A stretch of 64,000 nt of DNA from Chakrabartia sp. (GTDB lineage: Bacteria; Pseudomonadota; Alphaproteobacteria; Sphingomonadales; Sphingomonadaceae), in NCBI GenBank assembly GCA_046074265.1, contig JBJTNW010000012.1, positions 21,594 to 85,593 of the forward strand. The letters are read 5' to 3'. Under the pieces are notes generated by a model. That model saw only the letters and a program-made list of their open reading frames with translations. It made no database searches and had not been told where the DNA came from. A program made the translations under genes and the position numbers. Each line of letters opens with the position of its first letter. The stretch's first letter is position 1. Shown piece after piece: positions 10,651-19,651 of the stretch.

Positions 10651-11670
10651 TCATGCCGACATCACCTGCTCTATCGCCATGCCGATCCGGATCGGCCCGG
10701 GAAAATAGGCCCATTCCAAGCTATGCGGATAGGGCGTGTCAAAGCCCGTCACCCGCGCAATCGGCGCTTCGAGGTGGTAAAAGCAGCGTTCCTGCACTTG
10801 CGCCGCAATCTCTGCGCCAAAACCGGACGTGCGCGTTGCCTCATGCACGATCAGGCAGCGCCCGGTTTTTTCAACAGAGGCGGTAATTGTTTCGATATCC
10901 AGCGGGATCAGCGTGCGCAGGTCGATCACATCGGCGTCCACGCCCAGTTCCTCAACCGCCGCCAGCGCGACATGGACCATCGTGCCATAGGCGATAACGG
11001 TCAGGTCCTGCCCCTCGCGCACGCGCGCCGCCTTGCCAAGCGGGATGGTATAGGGGGTTTCGGGCACCTCGCTTGCGGCGTGCTTTGCCCAAGGGGTGAC
11101 AGGCCGATCATAATGGCCGTCAAACGGGCCATTATAGATGCGCTTGGGCTCAAAAAAGATCACCGGATCATTATCGGCAATGGCCGCCAGCAACAGCCCC
11201 TTGGCGTCATAGGGCGTGGAGGGGATCACGGTCTTGAGGCCGGCTACATGGGTGAAGATTCCCTCGGGCGATTGGCTGTGCGTCTGGCCACCAAAAATGC
11301 CGCCGCCAAAGGGAGAGCGCACGGTGATCGGCATCGCCCATTGCCCGGCCGAGCGATAGCGGATGCGCGCCGCTTCAGAGACCAATTGGTCAAGGGCGGG
11401 GTAGATATAATCCGCAAACTGGATTTCGGGGATGGGGCGCAGGCCATAGGCTGCCATGCCCACTGCAACGCCGATAATGCCGCATTCTGTAATCGGCGTA
11501 TCAAAGCTGCGGGTCTTGCCATATTTTTCCTGCAAGCCTGCGGTTGCGCGAAAGACGCCGCCAAAATAACCAACATCTTCGCCAAAAACGACCACCCGGT
11601 CATCGGCCGCCATGGCATTGTCCATGGCGCTGTTGATCGCTTCAATCATGTTCATGCGACGGGTTGTCAT
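10651..11670 (-). CDS. bkdA2: 2-oxoisovalerate dehydrogenase E1 beta subunit
   Basis: GEDVGYFGGVFR, EIQFADY, GGQTHSQSPE; ATG at 11670 overlaps the E1-alpha stop (ATGA). Confidence 0.92.
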   Translation of the reverse strand: MTTRRMNMIEAINSAMDNAMAADDRVVVFGEDVGYFGGVFRATAGLQEKYGKTRSFDTPITECGIIGVAVGMAAYGLRPIPEIQFADYIYPALDQLVSEAARIRYRSAGQWAMPITVRSPFGGGIFGGQTHSQSPEGIFTHVAGLKTVIPSTPYDAKGLLLAAIADNDPVIFFEPKRIYNGPFDGHYDRPVTPWAKHAASEVPETPYTIPLGKAARVREGQDLTVIAYGTMVHVALAAVEELGVDADVIDLRTLIPLDIETITASVEKTGRCLIVHEATRTSGFGAEIAAQVQERCFYHLEAPIARVTGFDTPYPHSLEWAYFPGPIRIGMAIEQVMSA

Positions 11671-12962
11671 GCGCCGCCGCCTGTGCCCGGCACGGGCCAT
11701 TTGCGCATCCGCTCTGCCTGCATTTGCGCCATTTGCGCGCGCAGATGATCGGGCATCGTCTCAAACACATCTTCAAACATGGTTTCAAAGGGCTGATGGA
11801 GTCCGTGGCCCAGAATGCCATTGGCCTCGGCCGCCTTTTGCGCATCTTTGACCGTCTGCGCACAGGTGCGGTCCATATCGGCCTGTCGCGCCTCATCCCA
11901 TTCGCCCAAGCCGATCAGATGCGCCTTCAGTCGCGCAATCGGATCACCCAGCGGCCATTTGGCGCGTTCATCGGCCGAGCGATAGGCTGCCGGATCGTCC
12001 GATGTGCTGTGCCCTTCGGCACGATAGGTGAAATGCTCGATCAGCGTCGGGCCCTGGTTGGTGCGTGCCCGCTCTGCGGCCCAGGCTGTCGCTGCATAGA
12101 CAGCCAGCGGATCATTGCCATCAACGCGCAGCCCGGCGATCCCATAGCCCAGCGCGCGGGCCGCAAAGGTTGTCGCTTCGCCGCCGGCAAAGCCAGCAAA
12201 GGAACTGATCGCCCATTGGTTGTTAACAACGTTCAGGATCACCGGCGCGCGATAAACGGTCGCAAAAGTCATCGCGGCGTGAAAATCGCCTTCCGCGGTA
12301 GACCCCTCGCCGCACCAAGCGGCGGCAATCCGCGTGTCGCCCCGCGCAGCGCTGGCCATCGCCCAGCCCACCGCCTGCGGTAATTGCGTCGCGAGATTGC
12401 CGGAAATCGTAAAGAAGCTGACCTCGGGCGCAGAATACATGATCGGCAATTGCCGACCTTTGAGCGCATCTTTCTTGTTCGAATAAATCTGGTTGATCAT
12501 GTCGACGAGCGGATAGCCGCGCGCGATCAAAATGCCCTGCTGGCGGTAAGAGGGAAAGCACATGTCGTCCGCCGCCAACGCATGGCTCTGCGCGACGGCG
12601 ACCGCTTCTTCCCCGGTGCACTTCATGTAAAAGCTGGTCTTGCCCTGACGCTGGGCGCGGAACATCCGGTCATCAAAGGCGCGGGTCAGCGCCATATCGC
12701 GCAGCAGGCGCCGCAGCGTTTCTGCCGACAGGCGCGGGTCCCACGCGCCAACTGCCCGGCCTGCATCATCCAGAACGCGCACCAGACCAAAAGCAAGCGG
12801 TGCAAGCTCGGCCACAGGCGCACCGCTGTCTGGCCGCGGCGTCACCCCGGCTGGAAGGACAGAAATATGCGAAAAATCAGCCTCTTCGCCTGGACGAGAC
12901 GGCGGCTCCGGAATGTGGAGCGCAAGCGGAGGCAGGTTGGGACGACCCGAGTCGCGTTTCAT
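11667..12962 (-). CDS. bkdA1: 2-oxoisovalerate dehydrogenase E1 alpha subunit
   Basis: QRQGKTSFY, FPSYRQ, SGNLATQ, GEGST..GDF...NNQWAIS TPP motif, HSTSDDP. Confidence 0.92.
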   Translation of the reverse strand: MKRDSGRPNLPPLALHIPEPPSRPGEEADFSHISVLPAGVTPRPDSGAPVAELAPLAFGLVRVLDDAGRAVGAWDPRLSAETLRRLLRDMALTRAFDDRMFRAQRQGKTSFYMKCTGEEAVAVAQSHALAADDMCFPSYRQQGILIARGYPLVDMINQIYSNKKDALKGRQLPIMYSAPEVSFFTISGNLATQLPQAVGWAMASAARGDTRIAAAWCGEGSTAEGDFHAAMTFATVYRAPVILNVVNNQWAISSFAGFAGGEATTFAARALGYGIAGLRVDGNDPLAVYAATAWAAERARTNQGPTLIEHFTYRAEGHSTSDDPAAYRSADERAKWPLGDPIARLKAHLIGLGEWDEARQADMDRTCAQTVKDAQKAAEANGILGHGLHQPFETMFEDVFETMPDHLRAQMAQMQAERMRKWPVPGTGGGA

Positions 12963-12963
12963 A

Positions 12964-12986
12964 ACAACGCGTTGTAATAAAATTAC
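12964..12986. promoter_or_regulatory. Candidate operator upstream of the bkd operon (two overlapping palindromes)
   Basis: ACAACGCGTTGT (12964-12975, perfect palindrome) overlapping GTAAT-AAA-ATTAC (12974-12986), directly before the E1-alpha start codon. Confidence 0.4.
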
Positions 12987-13019
12987 GCGCGCTGATCCAG
13001 TCGCTCGTTTATGCTCTGG

Positions 13020-14468
13020 TTAAGGGGCCGGGGCACCCAATTGGGTCAGCGGATGATAGCCGGTCGGGTTGGTGGCAAAGCCGGTCAATTGCGGGGCCAC
13101 CAGCGACCAGCGCAGGGGGCGTGCCAACGGGATATACAATTGTTCGTCGATGATCGCGCGGTCTGCCTCGGCAAAAAGGCGGGCCCGCTCGGCACGCGAG
13201 GCACGCCGCGCAATCAGCAGCGCATTGCTGGTTGCAGCACTGCAACTGGCCTTCACGGTGCAGGCAAAGGGCAGCAGATAGGCAAGCGCGTTGCCGGTCG
13301 GAACAACCTCATCAACCAGCTTGAAGTCGGCGGCTTCGCCCGGTGCTGCCAAGCGCGCATCAATCCCGACGGTTCGCCAAGATGCCGCCATTTGCGCAAA
13401 TAATAATCGTGCGCCGGGCCCGTTGGGCAAGGCAATGCTGATGCGCACGCGCCCGCCCATCGTCTGGCTAATCAAGGCGCGCGCCCGGGCGGTGCGCTCG
13501 GCAAGGCTCAAGGGCCCCCAATCGGGCGTGGCCTGCACATAAGTGTCAATCGGGCCTGGCATCAGCGTTTCGCTTGGGGCCCAACCGCGGGCGCCGAAGC
13601 GCTGGAGAAGAGCGGGACGATCAAGCGACATCGCCATGGCTTGCCGAACTGTCCGGTTTTGCGCCGGGCCGTTATCGCGCGCGGGCACAAGGCCAAACAG
13701 GCCGGGCACGGGATCAATCCGGATGTCGCGTGCGGGAAGGCCCGCAGCTTGGATCATCGGGTAGGTCGCAAAATCTCCCCCCAGCACCAGCGCCGCATTG
13801 CGTTCCGCATAGCGCGCAATGGCCAAGGCGGCCCTTTCGCCGCGAATGCGCCGCTCGCCATTGCGGACACTTTCTTCCCCGCCCTCTTCGCTGGGGCGCA
13901 GCGGTCGCAGAATCTTGGCACTCGGAAAGGCGCGATAAAGCCGATACGGCCCAGAGCCCTGACCGTTGCGGGTAATCGCCATGCGCGGATCGGCCAGCAG
14001 CGCCAACAAGGCGGGTTGCGGTTCAGAAAGGCGGACTTCGATCACGCTTTCCGTCATCGGCAGGATCTGGACGATCTGGGTCAATAGCGGGCGCAGGGGG
14101 TTCTGGCTGGTCGCGGCCAAACTTGCGCGGAGGCTTTTGGCGACATCGCCCGCCGTCACCGGCGTCCCGTCTGCCCATTGGGTGCGGCGGATGCGGAAGA
14201 TGTAGCTTAGCCCGTCATCCGTGACCATCCAGCGCTCAGCCAGCGCGGGTTCGATGTCGCCATGTGCATCAAATTGCACAAGGCCCTGCTTGAGCGCCGC
14301 GGTCATCACCAGCCCCGGCCGGTCCACCGGATGGCGGTCTGGGTTGCCCGCGCGGGCCTCGGTGCCGATCACGCTCAGCGTGACGGCGCTGTCGGGCGCC
14401 TTGGAGCAGCCAGCAACAAGCCCAGCAACAAGCAAAGCGGCGATCAGGGCAGAAACGGAGCGGCGCAT
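13020..14468 (-). CDS. ABC transporter substrate-binding protein, family 5 (peptide/nickel type), lipoprotein
   Basis: Lipobox LVAGC after MRRSVS start; GLVQFD...IEPALAERW...GLSYIFRIR...W.DG motif. The longer ORF start runs through tRNA-Leu and was rejected. Confidence 0.8.
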   Translation of the reverse strand: MRRSVSALIAALLVAGLVAGCSKAPDSAVTLSVIGTEARAGNPDRHPVDRPGLVMTAALKQGLVQFDAHGDIEPALAERWMVTDDGLSYIFRIRRTQWADGTPVTAGDVAKSLRASLAATSQNPLRPLLTQIVQILPMTESVIEVRLSEPQPALLALLADPRMAITRNGQGSGPYRLYRAFPSAKILRPLRPSEEGGEESVRNGERRIRGERAALAIARYAERNAALVLGGDFATYPMIQAAGLPARDIRIDPVPGLFGLVPARDNGPAQNRTVRQAMAMSLDRPALLQRFGARGWAPSETLMPGPIDTYVQATPDWGPLSLAERTARARALISQTMGGRVRISIALPNGPGARLLFAQMAASWRTVGIDARLAAPGEAADFKLVDEVVPTGNALAYLLPFACTVKASCSAATSNALLIARRASRAERARLFAEADRAIIDEQLYIPLARPLRWSLVAPQLTGFATNPTGYHPLTQLGAPAP

Positions 14469-14537
14469 GGCCCAGACGATAGCGCCGCTTTGCGCCCACG
14501 TCACCCGGCCAATCCCCTTCCGGCATCTGGCCGGCGA

Positions 14538-14623
14538 TGGTGCGGACGGCGGGACTCGAACCCGCACTTCCAGGGGAAAGCAGATTTTAAGTCTGCTGCG
14601 TCTACCGGTTTCGCCACGTCCGC
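14538..14623 (-). tRNA. tRNA-Leu (anticodon TAA)
   Basis: GCGGACG acceptor stem, GCAGA-CT-TAA-AA-TCTGC anticodon arm, long variable arm, GGTTCGAGTCC T loop, encoded CCA. Confidence 0.95.
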
Positions 14624-14681
14624 GTGCGCGCGGCATCGGCGACACGGCGGCCCTCGTCAAGCGCAAAGGCGCCCTGCCGGG

Positions 14682-14963
14682 TCAGCCCATATTGAGGCGG
14701 GCGCGCATTTCCTTGCCCGGTTTAAAATAGGGCACCTTTTTGGAAGGGATGTCGACCGACTGCCCGGTGCGCGGGTTGCGGCCAACCCGGGCATCGCGCC
14801 CGCGCGTGGAAAAGGCCCCAAAGCCCCGCAACTCCACGCGACCGCCAGACGCCAGCTGATCTACGATATCATCGAAAAAGATGGTCACGATGCCATCAAC
14901 CTCCCGGCTCGACAGGCCGGGATTTTCTTCTGCCAGCTTTGCCACCAGCTCAGACCGTATCAT
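14682..14963 (-). CDS. ihfB: Integration host factor beta subunit
   Basis: MIRSEL...[11 protein letters not shown]...GRNPRTG...[10 protein letters not shown]; downstream of rpsA. Confidence 0.95.
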   Translation of the reverse strand: MIRSELVAKLAEENPGLSSREVDGIVTIFFDDIVDQLASGGRVELRGFGAFSTRGRDARVGRNPRTGQSVDIPSKKVPYFKPGKEMRARLNMG

Positions 14964-15152
14964 ATGCACTCCCCCTGTTGCTCTTGATACTCAACCGCTG
15001 CCCATGGTCTGGGCAGGGCCTGCCCCAACTCTGGCTTGGCCGATGTTTCGACCAGCCTAGGGCGACTGCAACAGTCCGCTTGGCGATACAGCCAAAATGG
15101 CATGATAGGCAAGTCTCTATCTCATCACCGGCCTAAGCCGGAAATCCAACAA

Positions 15153-15165
15153 TAAGAATTTGATT
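15153..15165 (-). promoter_or_regulatory. Putative IHF binding site upstream of ihfB
   Basis: Minus strand AATCAA-ATTC-TTA matches WATCAA-N4-TTR in an AT-rich patch. Confidence 0.45.
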
Positions 15166-15192
15166 TACAACAGATTATCTGCATCCGCGACG

Positions 15193-15225
15193 AAAAAAGG
15201 CCCGCCGCGAGCATCGCGACGGGCC
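15193..15225 (-). terminator. Intrinsic terminator after rpsA
   Basis: Minus strand GGCCCGTCGCGA-TGC-TCGCGGCGGGCC followed by TTTTTT. Confidence 0.85.
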
Positions 15226-15250
15226 TGATTTTTCGTTGATTTGGCAGGAT

Positions 15251-16960
15251 TTACTTCTTGGTGTCGCGCGCCTTCAGCGCTTCGCCAAGGATGTCGCCCA
15301 GCGACGCGCCCGAATCGGACGAGCCATATTGCGCAACGGCCTGCTTTTCTTCGGCAATCTGCATCGCCTTGACCGAGAAGTTCGGGTTCTTCGAGCGATC
15401 GAAGCCGATCACCATCGCGTCGAACTTCTGGCCCACCTGGAAGCGGTCCGGACGCTGTTCGTCGCGGTCGCGGCCAAGGTCAGCGCGCTTGATGAAGCCA
15501 ATCGGGCCATCTTCGCCGGCCTGCACGTCAAGCCCGCCATCCTTGATGGCGATGACGGTAACCGTGGTGACCGTGTTCTTGGCAATACCGCCCGAACCGC
15601 TGGTCGTGGCTGCCGAGGCACCGCCCTTTTCGACCTGCTTGATGCCCAGCGAGATGCGCTCCTTCTCAACGTCCACATCGAGAACGACGGCCTTAACGGT
15701 GTCGCCCTTATTGTGCAGCGCAAGCGCTTCTTCGCCCGACACGCCCCAGGCGATGTCGGACATATGGACCATGCCGTCCACATCGCCGTCGAGGCCAACG
15801 AACAGACCGAATTTGGTCGCGTTCTTGACTTCGCCTTCGACGATCGTGCCGACCGGATGGGCGGCGCTGAACGCTTCCCACGGGTTCGACGCGGCCTGCT
15901 TGAGGCCCAGCGAGATGCGACGCTTTTCTTCATCGACTTCGAGGACGACAACATCGACTTCCTGGCTGGTCGAGACGATCTTGCCCGGATGGACGTTCTT
16001 CTTCGTCCAGCTCATTTCAGAGACGTGGACCAGGCCTTCAATGCCGGCTTCGAGTTCAACAAACGCACCATATTCGGTGATGTTCGTGACGCGGCCCGTC
16101 AGCTTCGCGCCGACCGGATATTTGGCAGCCACCGCTTCCCACGGATCGCTTTCAAGCTGCTTCATGCCCAGCGAGATACGCTGCGTGTCCTTGTTGATGC
16201 GGATGATCTGCACCTTCACCGTATCACCAATGTTGATGACTTCGGACGGGTGGTTGACGCGCTTGTAGCTGATGTCGGTGACGTGCAGCAGGCCATCAAT
16301 GCCGCCCAGATCAACGAACGCACCATAATCGGTGATGTTCTTCACAACGCCTTCGATCACCTGACCTTCGGCCAGGTTCTGGATCAGGCCCGAACGCGCT
16401 TCGGCGCGGCTTTCTTCCAGAATCGCGCGACGCGATACAACGATGTTGCCGCGCTTGCGGTCCATCTTCAGGATTTGGAAGGGCTGCGGAATGTCCATCA
16501 GCGGGGTCACATCGCGCACCGGGCGGATATCAACCTGCGAGCCGGGCAAGAAGGCCACGGCACCGCCAAGATCGACGGTGAAGCCGCCCTTGACGCGACC
16601 GAAGATGACACCTTCCACGCGGGTGGATTCGCCGAACTGCGCTTCCAGCGCGTCCCAAGCCGCTTCGCGGCGGGCGCGGTCACGCGAGAGGACGGCTTCG
16701 CCCTGCGCGTTTTCAACGCGGTCGACATAAACTTCAACTTCGTCGCCGATCTTCAGATCAGCTTTCTGGCCGGGTGCTGCAAATTCGCGAAGGGCCACGC
16801 GGCCTTCCGACTTCAGGCCCACGTCAATGACGGCCATGTCGTTTTCAATGCCGGTCACGGTGCCCTTGACGACGCGGCCGTCGAGGCTTTCAGCGTTACC
16901 GAGGGATTCCGAGAGAAGTGCCGCGAAATCGTCGCGGGTCGGGTTGGCGGATGATGCCAT
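15251..16960 (-). CDS. rpsA: 30S ribosomal protein S1
   Basis: Six S1 repeats (VKNITDYGAFVDLGG..DGLLH, VTNITEYGAFVELE), alphaproteobacterial SSDSGASLGDIL tail; start MASSANPTRDDF. Confidence 0.97.
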   Translation of the reverse strand: MASSANPTRDDFAALLSESLGNAESLDGRVVKGTVTGIENDMAVIDVGLKSEGRVALREFAAPGQKADLKIGDEVEVYVDRVENAQGEAVLSRDRARREAAWDALEAQFGESTRVEGVIFGRVKGGFTVDLGGAVAFLPGSQVDIRPVRDVTPLMDIPQPFQILKMDRKRGNIVVSRRAILEESRAEARSGLIQNLAEGQVIEGVVKNITDYGAFVDLGGIDGLLHVTDISYKRVNHPSEVINIGDTVKVQIIRINKDTQRISLGMKQLESDPWEAVAAKYPVGAKLTGRVTNITEYGAFVELEAGIEGLVHVSEMSWTKKNVHPGKIVSTSQEVDVVVLEVDEEKRRISLGLKQAASNPWEAFSAAHPVGTIVEGEVKNATKFGLFVGLDGDVDGMVHMSDIAWGVSGEEALALHNKGDTVKAVVLDVDVEKERISLGIKQVEKGGASAATTSGSGGIAKNTVTTVTVIAIKDGGLDVQAGEDGPIGFIKRADLGRDRDEQRPDRFQVGQKFDAMVIGFDRSKNPNFSVKAMQIAEEKQAVAQYGSSDSGASLGDILGEALKARDTKK

Positions 16961-17114
16961 GGTTAGAGGTTTCCAATCATATGTGTTTTCCGGCCATCTG
17001 GTTGGTTCCAGAGGTCTTTTGGCCAGACTGCCCCGGCCGCCCCATGCGACCGCAGCATCCATTGACCGCCTGAGAACGTGGGGGGACGAAAAAGGGGGAG
17101 CGCGTTATCGCTGC

Positions 17115-17726
17115 TCAGCGCCGAATCCGGGCCTCCACGAGCGCAATCGCCCGCTGGACGGCGGCGGCTATAGTGAGATCGCTCGTATCAAGCAAGTCTG
17201 CGTCCTCCGCCTGCCGCAGCGGCGCGGCGCTTCGGCTGGAATCGCGTTCATCCCGCGCGACGATGTCGGCCAGGATCGCCGCATAATCGGCGTGGCGGTC
17301 TTCGAGATGGCGGCGCTTGGCGCGGACCTCTGGCGCGGCCGTGATGAAGAGCTTGGCGTCAGCTTCCGGCGCGATGACCGTGCCGATATCGCGGCCATCC
17401 AACACCGCTCCGCCCGGCTGGCGCGCGAAATCTTGCTGATAAGCCAGCAGCGCGGCCCGTACGGCGGGATGTTTGGAAACGCGCGAGGCCAAGGCGCCCG
17501 CTGCTTCGCTGCGTAATCCCGGATCGGCAAGCAATGCCGCGTCGATCTGGGTGCAAGAGGCGGCATCTGCTTCCGCATCGGGGTTCAGCCCCGCCCGGTC
17601 GGTCGCCACGCCTACCGCGCGGTAGAGCAGGCCGGTATCGAGATGCGGCACATGATAATGCGCCGCGAGCGCCCGGGCGATGGTGCCCTTGCCTGACGCT
17701 GCCGGCCCATCCACCGCGATGATCAT
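17115..17726 (-). CDS. cmk: Cytidylate kinase
   Basis: [31 protein letters not shown]; located between aroA and rpsA. Confidence 0.96.
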   Translation of the reverse strand: MIIAVDGPAASGKGTIARALAAHYHVPHLDTGLLYRAVGVATDRAGLNPDAEADAASCTQIDAALLADPGLRSEAAGALASRVSKHPAVRAALLAYQQDFARQPGGAVLDGRDIGTVIAPEADAKLFITAAPEVRAKRRHLEDRHADYAAILADIVARDERDSSRSAAPLRQAEDADLLDTSDLTIAAAVQRAIALVEARIRR

Positions 17727-19069
17727 CGCGCGCCCAAGCCCTCAAGCATCGGCACAAAGCTGGGGAAGCTGGTGGCGACCGGGCTCATATCGTCAATCGT
17801 GACCGGCGCTTGGGACACCAGCCCCGCAATCGCAAAGCTCATGGCAATACGGTGGTCGAGCTGGGCCGCAATCGTCGCCCCGCCCTTAAGCAGCGCGCCA
17901 CCCGAGCCATGGACGATCAGCCCGTCTTCCAGTTCCTCGGCGTGCACGCCAATTGCGGCCAGCCCCTTGGCCATCACGCTGATCCGGTCTGATTCCTTCA
18001 CGCGCAATTCTTCAAGACCGCGAAACACGCTGGTTCCTTCGGCAAGGGCCGCCGCGATAAAGAGTATGGGGAATTCATCAACCATCGACGGCACGATGTC
18101 GGGCGATGTCTCCACGGCTTTTAGGGGCCCATGCGCGACGATCAGGTCTGCCACCGGCTCGCCGCCAACGGTTCGCTCATCGACCAGCTGGATGTTCGCG
18201 CCCATGTCTTTCAGGACATGGATCAGCCCCGCCCGGGTCGGGTTGATGCCGACATTGTCGATCCGCACCTCAGAGCCCGGCACCAGGCAGGCGGCCACCA
18301 TCGGGAAGGCGGCGGACGATGGGTCGCCGGGCACGATCACCTGCTGGGGCTTCAATTCCGCCTCGCCATGGATCGAAATATGACGTGCGCCGTCCGCGTC
18401 GGTGGTGACGTCAATCTGGGCGCCAAAGCCCGCCAGCATCCGCTCGCTATGGTCGCGGGTTGGCACGGGTTCGATCACGGTGGTGATGCCGGGGGTGTTC
18501 AAACCCGCCAACAGGATCGCAGATTTAACCTGCGCCGAGGCCATGGGCAGGCGATAGCTGATCGGCACCGCCGGGCAGGCCCCGCGCACCATGATCGGCA
18601 GATATTGGGTGCCCTTTTCCCCCGGCGAGCAGGTGAAGTCTGCGCCCATCGTGCCAAGCGGGTTGGTCACCCGGCCCATCGGCCGCTTGGAGAGCGATGC
18701 ATCGCCGGTGAAGGTCGCCGTAATGGCATGGCTGGCGACAAGGCCCATCAAAAGGCGCGTGGAGGTACCGCTATTGCCCATGTCGAGCGCGCCTTCGGGC
18801 TGGAGCAGCCCGCCCACGCCCACGCCATGGACGCGCCATATGCCGTCGGCGCCGCGTTCAATTTCAGCGCCCATCGCCCGCATGGCAGCCGCCGTTGCCA
18901 AGACATCTTCGCCTTCCAACAGCCCTTCGATCACGCTTTCGCCCACCGCGAGCGCGGACAGCATCAGCGCGCGATGCGAGATAGACTTGTCGCCGGGCAC
19001 GCGGACGCGACCGGAAAGCGGGCCAGCCTTGGCAAAGGACAGGGGGGCAGGGTCGGCAGAATGAGACAT
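17723..19069 (-). CDS. aroA: 3-phosphoshikimate 1-carboxyvinyltransferase (EPSP synthase)
   Basis: [45 protein letters not shown]. Confidence 0.97.
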   Translation of the reverse strand: MSHSADPAPLSFAKAGPLSGRVRVPGDKSISHRALMLSALAVGESVIEGLLEGEDVLATAAAMRAMGAEIERGADGIWRVHGVGVGGLLQPEGALDMGNSGTSTRLLMGLVASHAITATFTGDASLSKRPMGRVTNPLGTMGADFTCSPGEKGTQYLPIMVRGACPAVPISYRLPMASAQVKSAILLAGLNTPGITTVIEPVPTRDHSERMLAGFGAQIDVTTDADGARHISIHGEAELKPQQVIVPGDPSSAAFPMVAACLVPGSEVRIDNVGINPTRAGLIHVLKDMGANIQLVDERTVGGEPVADLIVAHGPLKAVETSPDIVPSMVDEFPILFIAAALAEGTSVFRGLEELRVKESDRISVMAKGLAAIGVHAEELEDGLIVHGSGGALLKGGATIAAQLDHRIAMSFAIAGLVSQAPVTIDDMSPVATSFPSFVPMLEGLGAR

Positions 19070-19179
19070 TTCGCGCCCGTCTTTGACAGCGGCGCTTCGC
19101 TATGGCAATGCCCGCGCCGATTCAGCCGGTTTTCGTGCCGGTAAGAGCGATTCTGCTAGTTTGAAAGGCTTAAAGGCTC

Positions 19180-19506
19180 ATGGTGAAGCCTGAATGGGGT
19201 ACCAAACGGACGTGCCCGAAATGCGCAACGCGTTTTTATGATCTGACCAAGGAAGATCCGGTCACCTGTATTTCGTGCAGCTATGCCTGGCTGCCCGAGC
19301 CGGTCCTGAAGTCGAAGCAGCCGCTTCCGTTTGAAGAAGCATCGCCGGCGGCAGGTGCCGTGGCGGTAGAGGCGGATGCCGATCTGGGCGCCGATCTGGA
19401 TCTGGACGTTGATGACGCGGCCGAGCCTTCGGCCGACGATGACGTCGATCTGGGCGGCGATGATGATCTGGGCGTCGATACCGGCGAAGCCAGCGACGAC
19501 AACTGA
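19180..19506 (+). CDS. FYDLN acid domain protein (TIGR02300 family)
   Basis: WGTKRTCPKCATRFYDL...VTCISC zinc ribbon plus Asp-rich tail; divergent from aroA, upstream of tRNA-Ala. Confidence 0.9.
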   Translation: MVKPEWGTKRTCPKCATRFYDLTKEDPVTCISCSYAWLPEPVLKSKQPLPFEEASPAAGAVAVEADADLGADLDLDVDDAAEPSADDDVDLGGDDDLGVDTGEASDDN

Positions 19507-19575
19507 TTCAAAAAACATCGCAACCTTAAGGGTTGCAACAGAGGCGCGGCTGGCATAAAGGCGCGCCTCCGATAC

Positions 19576-19651
19576 GGGGCCTTAGCTCAGCTGGTAGAGC
19601 GCTACACTGGCAGTGTAGAGGTCAGGGGTTCGACTCCCCTAGGCTCCACCA
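19576..19651 (+). tRNA. tRNA-Ala (anticodon GGC)
   Basis: GGGGCCT/AGGCTCC acceptor with G3-U70, CTACA-CT-GGC-AG-TGTAG anticodon arm, GGTTCGACTCC, CCA. Confidence 0.96.

Noticed and set aside
14469-14666. N-terminal extension of the SBP ORF through tRNA-Leu
   Set aside because: The extension translates the tRNA sequence; the lipoprotein signal begins at ATG 14468.
15236-16954. 572-aa and 336-aa plus-strand ORFs
   Set aside because: Antisense shadows of rpsA; the apparent repetitiveness reflects S1 domain repeats.
19604-19620. C32-G38 in the tRNA-Ala(GGC) anticodon loop
   Set aside because: A complementary 32-38 pair is a known tuning feature of tRNA-Ala(GGC), not novel.
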